A DNA stretch of 62,623 nucleotides from a virus. Its lineage: Duplodnaviria; Caudoviricetes. The stretch's first letter is position 1, and the number at the start of each line of letters is the position of its first letter. The DNA is taken from positions 1-62,623 of IMG/VR virus record IMGVR_UViG_3300042452_000337; one strand, written 5' to 3'. Positions 26,744 through 37,596 of this stretch are shown here, one piece after another. Under the pieces are notes generated by a model, which was not told where the DNA came from, searched no databases, and worked only from the letters and a program-made list of their open reading frames with translations. The translations under genes were made by a program, and so were the position numbers.

Positions 26744-27579
26744 AGTCTCCTCAGTGCATGAGCCGGAAATGGAAGTTCAACAACGCGACCGTGCGTTTCC
26801 GGCAACCACCAGTCGAGTTCTTCACGGAGTCGGAGGTCAGCCAGCGCCTTGTCCATGAGGCGGCGACCGGCGTCGATCACCTCCTGCGGGAGAGTCACGA
26901 CCTGACAGTCGTGGGCGGCGGAGGTGCTGATGACGATGAAGCGGAGCGGCTGCGGGGTCATGCCCATCGCCGCCATCCCGCACTGATACCAAGCGTCTTG
27001 GAGGTGGTACTTGAACCGCACCACCGAATCGTGGAACGAGGCGAGGATGTCCTCCTCGCGAGTCGTCTTGAGGTCGAGGGCGAACTCGTCGGTCAAGGCG
27101 TCGAACTTGCTCTTGAGCCGGTGCCCGTCCTGCTCCCAGCGAACGGAGATTTCCCGATCCACTACACGTTCGTTCAGTTCAACGAACGCCGGGTTGGCAA
27201 GCAGGGCATCTCGCTCCCTGCGCAACTGTCCAACCTCCTTCGGAGCCACGATTTTGGCCCCAGCCGGGAAGTGGTCGGCGCAATGCTGCTTGGCTTCTTT
27301 GCCAATCAGTCCCGTGCTGGTTAGGGTTGATTCCGGAGGAACCGCTAGGGTGGCAAGGAAGCCGTCGCTGAAATCGGCTTCCCACCATTCGTGCAGGAGG
27401 GAGCCGTGATACACGGCATCGCCACTCAGCGGCGGCAGCGTCTGCGTCACATGGCGGGCGTGGTATAGCCGGACGCTCTCGCAAAACGTCTTGACCGGGC
27501 TGCACGACTTGTGGCCGTCTTTGGCGTGGTACGACTCGTTCGGTTCGCCACGCCGAACCTCCGCACCCACACACTGCAT
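26740..27579 (-). CDS. RecE/exonuclease VIII-like PD-(D/E)XK nuclease (DUF3799-like)
   Basis: YHA, GSLLH, KSKFD, DLKT, YHLQDAWY; start chosen at Met 27579. Confidence 0.85.
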   Translation of the reverse strand: MQCVGAEVRRGEPNESYHAKDGHKSCSPVKTFCESVRLYHARHVTQTLPPLSGDAVYHGSLLHEWWEADFSDGFLATLAVPPESTLTSTGLIGKEAKQHCADHFPAGAKIVAPKEVGQLRRERDALLANPAFVELNERVVDREISVRWEQDGHRLKSKFDALTDEFALDLKTTREEDILASFHDSVVRFKYHLQDAWYQCGMAAMGMTPQPLRFIVISTSAAHDCQVVTLPQEVIDAGRRLMDKALADLRLREELDWWLPETHGRVVELPFPAHALRRL

Positions 27580-27712
27580 GTACGGTTCCGTTGCGACCGT
27601 ACATGGTGCTTGTAGGTGCCCGTCGACTGTGCGGGCTGTAGCGGTCGTAGCGGGGGATTTACTCCCCTCGACGACGACGGCATCATCCCGACTACTGAGC
27701 GAGGCCACCACC

Positions 27713-28537
27713 ATGAGAGTCCCTTCTTTGCCAGTGCTTTGCGAGCGCTACCTGCGCTCACGAGTTGTCAGTCCTCACTACGCCTACAACGTGCGGCACA
27801 CCTGCGGGCAGTGCCGAACCCTGTCCGTCGATTCCATCAACCGATACCTACAAAAGCGACTCACGGAAGTGGCGTCCATCACTGTCTCCACCGAGCGAGC
27901 CATCCTCGTGGGTATCTGGAGGTGGGCCTACGACACCGGAGTAGTGGACACCCTTCCACGAGGACTTGTCAAGATCAAAGTGGCAAGGCGTCCTACTCGG
28001 GCGTGGACTCTAGAACAGTGCTGTACGGCTGTCAAGGGCACTTTCCTGCTGGCCGAACCGATCCGCAAGAGGGGCGTGACACTTGGCCTGTTCCTCCGGG
28101 CATGGATGCTCTTGGGGTACGAGGTGGGGGCGAGGCAGGGCGACCTCTGGAAACTGCGGGCCGAAGACTTCGATGGCGATGTGGTGCGGTGGTCGCAGCA
28201 CAAGACGGGCGAGCCGCACCTCAAGACCCTTTCCCCAGCCTGCCTCGATGCTGTCAATGCAATGCTGGCAAAGTCTCCGGACGGGAGAGTGCTGGGCTGG
28301 GTGATGACCCGGAACTCAGGTCGCCGCCGGATGCGGGCCTACCTCAAGTCCATCAAGTTCACCGGCAGCAGTAAGTGGTTGAGGCGGTCTGGGGCGACCC
28401 ATGTGGAAATGGAGAATCCTGGCAAGGGCAAACTCCACTTGGGTCACAAGACGCCGGGCCTAGCAGAACGCTGCTACATAGATTGGTCGCAGGTCAGGCG
28501 GGACATCCCTCGCGTGCCGCAACTAATCGAACAGTGA
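27713..28537 (+). CDS. Tyrosine recombinase/integrase
   Basis: GAR.GDL, KTG, KWLRRS (HxxR variant), HLGH, catalytic Tyr in RCYID. Confidence 0.8.
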   Translation: MRVPSLPVLCERYLRSRVVSPHYAYNVRHTCGQCRTLSVDSINRYLQKRLTEVASITVSTERAILVGIWRWAYDTGVVDTLPRGLVKIKVARRPTRAWTLEQCCTAVKGTFLLAEPIRKRGVTLGLFLRAWMLLGYEVGARQGDLWKLRAEDFDGDVVRWSQHKTGEPHLKTLSPACLDAVNAMLAKSPDGRVLGWVMTRNSGRRRMRAYLKSIKFTGSSKWLRRSGATHVEMENPGKGKLHLGHKTPGLAERCYIDWSQVRRDIPRVPQLIEQ

Positions 28538-31500
28538 GGGCGTCTGCGTGTCGGACTTCCTCTTCTTCTTCCGCTTGTCTCGCTCGCTGCGAGGCTTGCG
28601 GAGGTCGCGGCGTTCCCGTGCCAGACCACGAGCGACGGCCTGCCGCTGGAGCGCCCACGCTGGCACCTCCGGCTCCATGTCCTTCGGGATGTAGACTTGT
28701 TTGAACTCGCGGGTGTACGGGTCGATGCTCCCCTCGATCTCCCGGATGGCGTCGGCCAGTGCCTCCTCCTGCGAAACGTCCCGGAACTTCGTGCCGGTCA
28801 ATGCGTTCACCGCAGTCTTGGCAACGCGGGACGAGAGCGGAGCGTCTCCTCGCAGGTCGGTCAGTGAGCGGGCCATATAGAGTGGACGGCCGACGAACGG
28901 CAGTGCCTCGATGGGCTTCTCCAGAATCGCCGGAACGTCGAACGAGCGGTCGCCCGTGACGTTCCGGCCGATGGCGTCGAGGGTAGAAGTGGATTCCCCC
29001 AGCGGGCGGCGAGTGAAAAAGTCCTGCCCGGAGAGTAGTTCTGCACCCATGCGATACGCCGGATGCAACTGCAACCCGAGTTGACGAGCCGTGCCGTATA
29101 TCGCCCCCGAAGGAGTGCCGGGAGTCTCGATCATGTTGATCTGATCGAAGCCGGGAAAATCGAGGTCTGTCCAGTACCGCTGCGTGCCCGGCGCAGGACG
29201 TCCGCCCAGCATCTCCGGCACCGGAACGGCGAACTGCGAGCGGAGCGACGACGGGATGTACTGTCCGTCGTTCGACTCCTGCGCGTTCTCGGTTCCCTGC
29301 AAGATTTGGCCGTACCGTCCGCCCGGTCGCTCGACCAACTGCTTGAGAATCTCCCGGAAAATCCTGCTCTGGTACGTGTACCAGGGGAAAATGTTCTTGA
29401 GATAGCGGCGTTCGAAGTCACTAAGGCTGCTCATATCAGCCTGCACACCCTTGATTCGCGCAGCCGCAGCGGCGGGGTCGAAGCCCTGCCCGACGAGCGA
29501 CATGAAACCGCTGATGCGGTTGATGCCGTCCGTCAGGGAGTTCATCTGCTCACCTGCCCGCAGGACTGGGTTCTTCGTCTCCACGTACGGGTCGAGTTGT
29601 GACCGCCAAGTCTTGAAGTCCTGCCACGCCTGCGTCCACGAGCGGCCCTGCTGCGGAGCAAACTCGCCCAGCATGGTGCCGATGTTGATGGGCCGAGCGC
29701 CAACGATGGGATCGAGGGCGGCGTTGCCCAGCGTGCTGGCCTGCAACTCGCCGTACATCTGGCCGTTACCCTGCACCAGTTGGTTGGCGTGCAGGTCTTG
29801 GAAGAACAGGGCCAGCCCGTCGTCTCCGGAGTAGCGGCTCTGGCTCGCAAGCCACTTGCGGAACGCAGGGCTGTTGGGGCCATCGGACATGAGGCCCGCT
29901 GCGGCACCCACCGCACCCGGCTCGAACGCACCGGCGAGCCAGTTGCTCACCGCACCGGAGTAGAGGTCACGCACTGCACGGGAGGGCCACGTAAGGATCG
30001 AGCCACGCCATGCCGCCGTGTAGCGGTCGAGGTACTTTGCCAGCGCTCCTGCCGCTTCGCCGCTGGAGTAGACGTCCCTCGCCCTCGTCAGCCGCTCGAC
30101 GGCCTCCTCCGGAATGGACACCTCAGACAACTTGATGTCGTCCGGGTCCATGCCCCAGAGTTTGCCAAGACGCTCCCGCATCTGCTGGGCACCGCCCTCT
30201 TGGGCATTGCGGACAAACTGCCCAGCCTCGTCGGTGATGAACTCGGAGGCGTCGTCGTAGGTCTTGGAGCCGATCCGGTTGAGCGCCTCTTGCATGGAGA
30301 TGTGGCGACTCTTGCCGCTGTACGCACCCCTTGCAGCAAACGTCGCCAGCGAGTCGTGCATCGTACTCATCGTGGCTTCGGCCTCCGCCCGCCCCGTCAG
30401 GTACGAGCCGATGCTCTCGACTGGGTGCTGGCCGAACAGCGGAGCCTGCTTGATAACGTCGTCCGGGAGTTCGTTCAGCGTGCGAGCGACCTTGATCGCC
30501 TGCTTCATTTCGATGGGAGGCTGTCCTGGCTGCACGAGCGGAGTCAGTTTGTCGATGATGTGCTGGGCAGCAGCCTCGTCGCTGCCTGCCGTCCGCTTCG
30601 CGCCCGCCACCACAGGGTCTTGCGACAACTCCATGATGGTGTTGCGTCCGCCTGGCAACTGAAACGCATCGGTGCGGCGGAGCATATCGCCCGTGAATGC
30701 GGAGAGGACGTCGCCCAGTTTCTTGTCCCGCTTGCCAGCCATCTCCAGTGCGGCAGCGGCCCGGCGAGGGAGGTACTCGGTGCCGTAGGCGTCGATGGCC
30801 TCTGCGTCGGAGAGCCCGGCCTTGCGGGAGCGATCCAGAGCCTCGTCACGAATGTCCTTCCAGTAGCCGATGTAGTTCTTGGCACCCGGTCGGGCGTCGA
30901 GCCACGCCTTGTCGGCTGCATCCCACGCCTCCTCAGGCGTCTCGATCAGCCGCCCCATGATCCGGTTGCCGTCTTCGGTGAAGGCTTCTGGAGTGGACTC
31001 CCAGAGTTTGGTGACGTTGTAGGCGTGGGAGCCACGAGCCAGCGATCCTGCCTTGCGGCGGGCCTCGAAGTTGGCGATGTTCGTCAGTTGCTCCTCTGGG
31101 TCAATCGCTCCGAACACCTTGTTGTTGAACATGGCGGCGGCAACGCGGCCCGGCCCCGACCACCGAACCTTCTGCCCCAGCGTGTCGAGGGCGTCGGCGT
31201 AGGCGTTGCCAAATCCCTCGCCCAGAAAGTCTCCGGTGATCTTCGCATCGCCCAGCGGGAGCCCTAGACCGAACGAGTCAGAGAGCCGCTGCCCACGAGC
31301 AGCCTCAAACCCATCCCCCAGAAACCGTCTAGCGGCCTCTGCGGCCTTCTCTGGGTCGTCTGCGTACTGGATGAGGTCGTCCAGCGTGACGGCTCTACGG
31401 GCCGTTCTGGTGCCGTATAGAGGGCGTCCCACGACGGCGGGATCAAAGGTGCTGAGAGTGCGTCCGGTCTTTTGCAACTCACCCAGTGTGTTCTTTGCAA

Positions 31501-31987
31501 CCTGCGGGATGTCGCCTGCGGCCACCGCACCTGAGGAGATGGCCTTCTTGGTGGCGACGGTCGCCGCATTGTCGAGCAGGCCCGCCGCCTCTGCGGCCCG
31601 ACCGGCCTTCGTCAGTGCGGTCGCCGGACCCGAGACGAAACTGAGGGGGTCCGTTACGAGGTCAACCCCCAAGCCCGCTACGAATGATCCCCAGTTGTCC
31701 TCTTGGGGAACGATGCCGTAGGACTTGAGGAGGTCGCGTCCGCTCACCCGTTCGCCAGCCCGACCGGCGAGGGCACCTCGCAGGTAGTCGCCTGGAGCGG
31801 AGAGCGTGTCGGCTACGCGGCCAACGGTGCCACCGGCCAGTTCTCCGGCTTGCCGCAGCACGGAGTCGCGCTCGAAAGGGCTGACCACACCCTGACGAAC
31901 GTCCTCGTCCGCCAGCGCCGCTTCGTCAAACAGCGGCAGATAGCCGGGAGGCCGCTTGCCGATTCGTGGGCGGTCGAAGAGTTCCAT
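28523..31987 (-). CDS. Large virion/ejection-like protein (1154 aa)
   Basis: Size, position at the end of the structural operon, Ala/Gly-rich helical composition. Confidence 0.6.
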   Translation of the reverse strand: MELFDRPRIGKRPPGYLPLFDEAALADEDVRQGVVSPFERDSVLRQAGELAGGTVGRVADTLSAPGDYLRGALAGRAGERVSGRDLLKSYGIVPQEDNWGSFVAGLGVDLVTDPLSFVSGPATALTKAGRAAEAAGLLDNAATVATKKAISSGAVAAGDIPQVAKNTLGELQKTGRTLSTFDPAVVGRPLYGTRTARRAVTLDDLIQYADDPEKAAEAARRFLGDGFEAARGQRLSDSFGLGLPLGDAKITGDFLGEGFGNAYADALDTLGQKVRWSGPGRVAAAMFNNKVFGAIDPEEQLTNIANFEARRKAGSLARGSHAYNVTKLWESTPEAFTEDGNRIMGRLIETPEEAWDAADKAWLDARPGAKNYIGYWKDIRDEALDRSRKAGLSDAEAIDAYGTEYLPRRAAAALEMAGKRDKKLGDVLSAFTGDMLRRTDAFQLPGGRNTIMELSQDPVVAGAKRTAGSDEAAAQHIIDKLTPLVQPGQPPIEMKQAIKVARTLNELPDDVIKQAPLFGQHPVESIGSYLTGRAEAEATMSTMHDSLATFAARGAYSGKSRHISMQEALNRIGSKTYDDASEFITDEAGQFVRNAQEGGAQQMRERLGKLWGMDPDDIKLSEVSIPEEAVERLTRARDVYSSGEAAGALAKYLDRYTAAWRGSILTWPSRAVRDLYSGAVSNWLAGAFEPGAVGAAAGLMSDGPNSPAFRKWLASQSRYSGDDGLALFFQDLHANQLVQGNGQMYGELQASTLGNAALDPIVGARPINIGTMLGEFAPQQGRSWTQAWQDFKTWRSQLDPYVETKNPVLRAGEQMNSLTDGINRISGFMSLVGQGFDPAAAAARIKGVQADMSSLSDFERRYLKNIFPWYTYQSRIFREILKQLVERPGGRYGQILQGTENAQESNDGQYIPSSLRSQFAVPVPEMLGGRPAPGTQRYWTDLDFPGFDQINMIETPGTPSGAIYGTARQLGLQLHPAYRMGAELLSGQDFFTRRPLGESTSTLDAIGRNVTGDRSFDVPAILEKPIEALPFVGRPLYMARSLTDLRGDAPLSSRVAKTAVNALTGTKFRDVSQEEALADAIREIEGSIDPYTREFKQVYIPKDMEPEVPAWALQRQAVARGLARERRDLRKPRSERDKRKKKRKSDTQTPSLFD

Positions 31988-31990
31988 TCA

Positions 31991-33895
31991 TCACGATCCG
32001 CGACGATATGGGTGGTTCGTATTAGGGAGTCGCGGGCCGGTGCCGGAAAAGAAATCCCTAATGGCTGTATCTGCCGCATCCGCCATTGCTCCACGACCAG
32101 ATGCGGGCGGAGCGGTGCCGGGCGTTGCCGCCTGCTGGGGCGGAAGGGCCGGACCCGGCACGCCAGCGGGCAGTGGTTTGGGTTGCTGTGGTGCCGCCGG
32201 AGTTTGCGGCGTGCCAGTGAGCCACTGCCACCACGTGCGCGTTTGCTCAGGCGTAACGGCACCGCCGGAGGCCGACATGATGAGGGCGTCGGCCACCTTC
32301 TCGACTTGATCGGGAGGCACAACCTCCATCTTGGTGAGGATGCCGATGAGTGCGGTGCGTCTCGTCACGGGGTCCGGGTTCCGCATCGCAGCCGCCACTT
32401 CTTCGCTGAACCGTTCGGCGTACGGCTTGTCCGCTGGCGTATCCTGATCCCTCGCCCGCGCGGCCGACTCTCCCGCCGCCACCACCGCAGCCGCATCGGC
32501 CTGCTGTGCAGCCAGCGACATATAGTCACGAGCCGCACGGTCGTTGCCGAATGACGAATGAACTGCCGCCACCCGGAACGGATCACCGCTTTCGGCGGCG
32601 GCTTGCAGGCTCCGCATGTACAAGCCCTGAGCGACCATCGGGTTGTTCGCAGCAATCGTCATGTTGCGGTTGGCCCAGTTGTTGCGGACGTTCTGTGCCC
32701 GCATCCCGCCAGCCATTGCATTGGCCGACTGGTTCAGCATTCGCAGTTCTGCGAAGCCGTTGGGCGTAGAGGCTTTGTTCATGACGTCCTCGAACGTCAG
32801 GAACGGCTTGCCGTCCTCGCCGGTCAACCCCCTGTGGCGGGCGTAGATTTCTTTGGCGAACTGCAACTTCCGCTGATCGCTCATCCCTGCTTCGCGGTCA
32901 GCGACGGCTTCGTTCGACTTCTGCTGGTTGAACTTGTAGCGGAAACCGCCCATGCCGTTGTCAACGACGTCGTAGGACTTCCCCAGCGCGTCGTGCCGCT
33001 GCTTCTCTCGCATGACGTCAGCCTTGAGCAAGTCCATGTCATCGCCGTACTGCGAGGCGTCGATGCCGTAGGCCATAGCAAGCGCCATCGTGTGTGACGC
33101 AGAGCCAGCCCCCTGCTCCGGGTCGGCGGCGATCTGGTCGGCCGTCTCAAGCATCTGTGGATTCGGTGCCCGCGACGACACGGACCCGTCCACGTTATGA
33201 GTGAACGTGCCGCCGAAGCGAGTCATCGGAACTTCTGGGCTGTGGACGTTCCGCTGCATTCGGCGGCGTTGCTCCTCGCTGTACTGGCTGGCCTCGCGGC
33301 CTTCTGGCAGCGGCTTCCCGGCGGCTACCCGAGACTGAGCGACGGCACTGTTCTGGCCCGGTTCGAGCGTGGGGTCTTTGCCGCCTTGAATCCGGACGGT
33401 GCGGCCAGCGGCCGTTTCCACTTCGTGCGGGAACGAGCCGGTGAAGTTGTCTTGATACCAGTCCTCGAACGGCATGGTCTGGGTGTGGCCGCTGTTCTCG
33501 TACTTCTTGCGCAAGTTGGCCTGTGCGGCCGGAGACAGGGTTGCGAAACCGGCCGCAGGGGCGTCTGCGGATGCATCGCCGCCCTCTTGCCATGCCCGTT
33601 GACCACGAGCCAAAGCGCCCTGCGCAGAACCGCCCTGCGCAGCAGCCTGCCGTGCGGTATTCGCAGCCGCATCTCGCGTCTGCTGCTGGCGGGCTTCTTG
33701 CGACCGCATCCTCGCCTCTGCATCCGGCCGCAGGTCAGGCTCAAACGCGCCAGTCGCAGGGTTCATGCGCTCGACCGTGACCTCCGGCAACTCCATCGGG
33801 TCTGGGCGAGCATCCGGAAGATCGAGGACCGGAGCCTGTCGCGCTTGCCGCTGGAGTTCCAGAAGCATCCGTGCTTTGTCTTGTGCGGGCGTCAT
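31991..33895 (-). CDS. Internal virion-like protein (634 aa)
   Basis: Operon context; Ala/Gln-rich. Confidence 0.6.
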   Translation of the reverse strand: MTPAQDKARMLLELQRQARQAPVLDLPDARPDPMELPEVTVERMNPATGAFEPDLRPDAEARMRSQEARQQQTRDAAANTARQAAAQGGSAQGALARGQRAWQEGGDASADAPAAGFATLSPAAQANLRKKYENSGHTQTMPFEDWYQDNFTGSFPHEVETAAGRTVRIQGGKDPTLEPGQNSAVAQSRVAAGKPLPEGREASQYSEEQRRRMQRNVHSPEVPMTRFGGTFTHNVDGSVSSRAPNPQMLETADQIAADPEQGAGSASHTMALAMAYGIDASQYGDDMDLLKADVMREKQRHDALGKSYDVVDNGMGGFRYKFNQQKSNEAVADREAGMSDQRKLQFAKEIYARHRGLTGEDGKPFLTFEDVMNKASTPNGFAELRMLNQSANAMAGGMRAQNVRNNWANRNMTIAANNPMVAQGLYMRSLQAAAESGDPFRVAAVHSSFGNDRAARDYMSLAAQQADAAAVVAAGESAARARDQDTPADKPYAERFSEEVAAAMRNPDPVTRRTALIGILTKMEVVPPDQVEKVADALIMSASGGAVTPEQTRTWWQWLTGTPQTPAAPQQPKPLPAGVPGPALPPQQAATPGTAPPASGRGAMADAADTAIRDFFSGTGPRLPNTNHPYRRGS

Positions 33896-33900
33896 AGTGC

Positions 33901-36900
33901 TTACCTCCAGCCAGTCCAGTTCTGTATTACTTGTGTCGTCGGCATACCGTCATTGCGGCGGGAGCCACGAATCCGCTCCAATGCACGGTCGATGGCGTCC
34001 ATCTCTGCTGCGGCGTCGTCCATGCCCACGCCACCGCCGCCGGGCGGGACGGGGATGGGGCCACCGGCCATGACGTTGGCCGACCGTCCGCCCATGTTTG
34101 CCGCAATCAAGCCACCGGCCGTAGCCGCACCCACGAGAGCGCGGGGCCACGTAAACCAGCCCTTCTTCGGTGGCGGCGTCTTGTCTTTGCCGGACGGATC
34201 GGAGTCGGACTTCTTGGCGGGGGTGTCGCCGTCTTTGGCGGGCTTGGTCGGACCGTCATCGGCGGGTTTTGTGCTGGCGTCTGCCGCTTCGCTCTTGGTG
34301 CTGCTGCCATTCGCCTGCGGGTCAGCGACGGGATCGAGTGTTTCCCCGTCCGCCTTTGGGGCAGAGGCCGGGTCGGTCTTTGTCGCAGCCTCTGGCTTGG
34401 GGGCGGCGGTCGAACCGTCTGCCGGTGGCAGGGTGCCGCTCGCTTGCATCTCGGCCCGCACCTTGTCGGCGGCGTCTCGTGCCACAGCCTGTGCGTCCGC
34501 GTTGCCCATGCCTTCGTCTTTTGCCGTTTGGTAGGCCATCCCGTATGCCTCTGTCGCGGCGTCTTCAATCTCTTCCGGCGTGTAGGCCCGCGTTGCTTTG
34601 GCGGACGATGCGCCGCCGCTGCCCGTTGCGGCCGTAGCAAGGGGGTCCGCGACGGGCGACACCTCGCCCAGTTCTGTGGCTGAGGAGTTGAGGTTGACTT
34701 GATTAGGCAGCGGCTTCGGGCCCGGAAGGGCCAACTGGCCTGCGGGCGGCAGGGTTTGTCCGGAGTTGGTCGTGCTGCCAACCACTGTCGCCGTCACGGT
34801 CTTGGGCTGCTTTGGTTTGCCGCCAAGAGAGGATCGCGCCCACTCGCCTGTCTTGGGGTCAAACCGCTTGACACCGGCCGACGCTGGCGTGGCGGTGGAC
34901 GGCAGGTCGTCGGCCAATGATCCCGGAGATGGCTCAAACAGCGACACCGAGTTCGCCATGTCGTTGTACGTCAGGCCCGGACGAGAGGCATCGGCACTGT
35001 CCACCTGCGCAAATGCAGACTCAGCAGCCCCGAGTTCATCGGCGGACTGGCGGGCTGCTTGGCGTGCTGCCTGCACCGCCGCAGGGTCGTAGTTCTTTGC
35101 GTTCTCCGCCTTTGCGACAGCGCGGACTGCACGGTCATGCGCAATGCGAGCCCGCACAACCTCCACCCGCCGCTGGTCGTACTCCTCGACTCCCGACCAG
35201 GGGTTGGCGCGGCCCGGCACTCGTGTCTCAACTTGGCTTTCAATCAACTCCTGCCGTGCGGGCGGCGGGAGGTCGGCCTCGCTCATGTAGGCAGGGTTGC
35301 CATCGCTGTCTGTCGTAATGCGGTTGGTAGTGATGAGGCCCGGCTGGAACTGCCGCTCCTCGCCAGGACTCACCTGCGACGTCATGGCAGGCGCGTTAGA
35401 CAGGTCGTCAGCGCTCTCCCCGCCGTAGAACTGCTCGATGTTGCGAACAATGCCCTCACGAGCCATGTCGTAGTCGGCCGTGCCGATCTGGTATGGCCCC
35501 TTCGACAGAATCTCGTCGGCAACTTGTTCGGCCGTCATGCCATAGGACAGCGGGTTGCGACCGCCGAACAGGTACTGCCCAGCGCCCATCAACCGCTCGT
35601 TAGACAGTCGCCCGCCACGCACGCGACCACCGCCGCCGGGATTGTTCGCCCGCAGGTCGGCACCAGAGACTTCTCCGGAATCCGGAAGCATGGCGGCTGC
35701 GTCGTCCCCGAACTCGTCAACAACTTCGTCGGCAAGGGTGGCCCGATCAGCGGGCGACAGTGAGTCGGATGCACGATTCAATCGCTCCGCACCGCGCGGC
35801 CTGCTGCCACCCGCAAACGCAATCACCGCATCGTCGTAGTGGCGGCGCTGCCCCACGTTCGTGTCTTGGAATCCAGGGGCGTTCGGATCGACGCGCGGCT
35901 CAAACGCACCGAGCATGTCGTCTTCGCCCTTGAGCCACAGGGGAAGTTTCCTAATGGCGTTCGTGCGGACGCGCTTCAGTTGCGCCAACGCATCAGTCTT
36001 CTGCTGACTGTCGGGCAGTGCCTCCACAGCCGCCTGCTGTTGCGTCAGGTAATCAACGGCCTCGTCGCCGTAGTGCAGTCGCAGCCGCTTGTCCATGTCC
36101 ATGCCCGGAGCATTGCGGGCCTGAGTCTGCGCCGCCTCCGCTTGCCGCATGGCCCCTAGTTCATCGTCCAACCACGTGGGCGGCTCGACGGCAGCGTTAG
36201 TCGCAACCTCTGGAGACATAGCGCCGGGACGACGCAAGGAAGGCTGACCGGCGCTGGCTGCGGCCTGCGGAGCGGGGTCTGCCTGCTGCACAGCGTTTCG
36301 CAGTTCGGCCTCAATGGCTGAGCGTCGGCGGACGGCGGCTATGGCTGCTGCTCGCTGATCGGCGGGCAGTTCCCGCACAAGGGATCGCAGCGTGTCAGCC
36401 GTTTCCACGTTGTGGTACGGGTCTGCGATTAGGGTGTTGAGTTCTTGCACCAAATCGTCGCCGGAGTTGACCGGCGTCATCAGTGCATCGACGGCCTCTG
36501 GGCTGACGGACGCACCGTCCGCGTCCTGAGCCAAAATCGCACGAGCCTCTGGGCTCAGTTTCTCGACAATCTCTGCGCGGATTGAGGGGGGCAGTTCGTT
36601 GAACCGTGACGCGATGGACGGAAGGCCGGGACCGACGCCCTCCATGAACGAGGTTCGCGGCGAGCGTGGTGTTCCAGATGCGGCGCGCTCGTCGGCGGCT
36701 TCGGCAACCTGCTGGGCAGCGCGAGCATTCGGGTCACGGCGGAAGTCGCCCGCCATCTCGGCAATGAGGTTGAGGCGACGGCGAGCCACACGATCATCGC
36801 CGTACGATGCGATGAGATCAGCGCGCTCTTCCGGCGTCAGGGCGTCAATGCTTTTCTGTACGCCACGAACGAACTGCGGCTTTGCCGCCTCCTGCGATGC

Positions 36901-37596
36901 TCCATCCCCAGCGTACTGGTCGATGAGGTTTCGCAGCCGCTCCACCTTCGTCTCGCGCTTGGTGCGTCCCTTGCGGAGGTTCGGGTTGGTGGCCTGTCGA
37001 GGAACGTCCGGCCCCTCACCAATCTCGACGGCCGACTGCTCAAGGTTGCCGTCAAGCGGCGTGGCGTCAGCGGTGGCTGTCAGGTCGGGGGATGCGTCTG
37101 CCGTGACTGTGTTGGTCAGTACGGCCCGCCCTTCCTGCAAGTCTTCTATGAGAATGAGGTCTTCGACGGCGAGGGAGTCCTGCCCCTCCTCCTGCACTTT
37201 GCGGAAAATCTCACGGGCTCTGTCCATCGTCACGGGGTACGGGCCCGGAATGTCCGGCTCTGCGGCCGGGACAGGAGAAGCGGGTGATGCCGGGCGTGGT
37301 CGCGGGATGTCTTCGCCAACGCCAGCCTGTCGCGCACGCATCTCTTGCAGGACTGGCCCTGCCTGTGCCTCGCGAGCGGCAGCACGGGCCTGCGCAGCAG
37401 CACGGTTCTCGGCGGCAATGGAGGCCCGCAACTCCATGCCCTCCGGGCCAGCGCCAGTCAGCAACTCTTGAAGTTGCCGCAGACGCAACGCCCGAGACTG
37501 GGGCGTCATCTTGGCCGCGAGGACTTGGCGAGGCGTGAGCGAAGCCGCGTTACTGGCCGCCCTCGCCGCCTTCTGTGCTGCCTGCGAGATTCCCAC
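33901..37596 (-). CDS. Large low-complexity internal virion-like protein (1231 aa)
   Basis: Ala/Pro/Asp-rich; hydrophobic segment near C-terminus. Confidence 0.6.
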   Translation of the reverse strand: MGISQAAQKAARAASNAASLTPRQVLAAKMTPQSRALRLRQLQELLTGAGPEGMELRASIAAENRAAAQARAAAREAQAGPVLQEMRARQAGVGEDIPRPRPASPASPVPAAEPDIPGPYPVTMDRAREIFRKVQEEGQDSLAVEDLILIEDLQEGRAVLTNTVTADASPDLTATADATPLDGNLEQSAVEIGEGPDVPRQATNPNLRKGRTKRETKVERLRNLIDQYAGDGASQEAAKPQFVRGVQKSIDALTPEERADLIASYGDDRVARRRLNLIAEMAGDFRRDPNARAAQQVAEAADERAASGTPRSPRTSFMEGVGPGLPSIASRFNELPPSIRAEIVEKLSPEARAILAQDADGASVSPEAVDALMTPVNSGDDLVQELNTLIADPYHNVETADTLRSLVRELPADQRAAAIAAVRRRSAIEAELRNAVQQADPAPQAAASAGQPSLRRPGAMSPEVATNAAVEPPTWLDDELGAMRQAEAAQTQARNAPGMDMDKRLRLHYGDEAVDYLTQQQAAVEALPDSQQKTDALAQLKRVRTNAIRKLPLWLKGEDDMLGAFEPRVDPNAPGFQDTNVGQRRHYDDAVIAFAGGSRPRGAERLNRASDSLSPADRATLADEVVDEFGDDAAAMLPDSGEVSGADLRANNPGGGGRVRGGRLSNERLMGAGQYLFGGRNPLSYGMTAEQVADEILSKGPYQIGTADYDMAREGIVRNIEQFYGGESADDLSNAPAMTSQVSPGEERQFQPGLITTNRITTDSDGNPAYMSEADLPPPARQELIESQVETRVPGRANPWSGVEEYDQRRVEVVRARIAHDRAVRAVAKAENAKNYDPAAVQAARQAARQSADELGAAESAFAQVDSADASRPGLTYNDMANSVSLFEPSPGSLADDLPSTATPASAGVKRFDPKTGEWARSSLGGKPKQPKTVTATVVGSTTNSGQTLPPAGQLALPGPKPLPNQVNLNSSATELGEVSPVADPLATAATGSGGASSAKATRAYTPEEIEDAATEAYGMAYQTAKDEGMGNADAQAVARDAADKVRAEMQASGTLPPADGSTAAPKPEAATKTDPASAPKADGETLDPVADPQANGSSTKSEAADASTKPADDGPTKPAKDGDTPAKKSDSDPSGKDKTPPPKKGWFTWPRALVGAATAGGLIAANMGGRSANVMAGGPIPVPPGGGGVGMDDAAAEMDAIDRALERIRGSRRNDGMPTTQVIQNWTGWR

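Noticed and set aside
28523-37596. Virion RNA polymerase reading the early repeats
   Set aside because: No recognisable RNA polymerase catalytic motifs were seen in the large ORFs; remote homology is not excluded.
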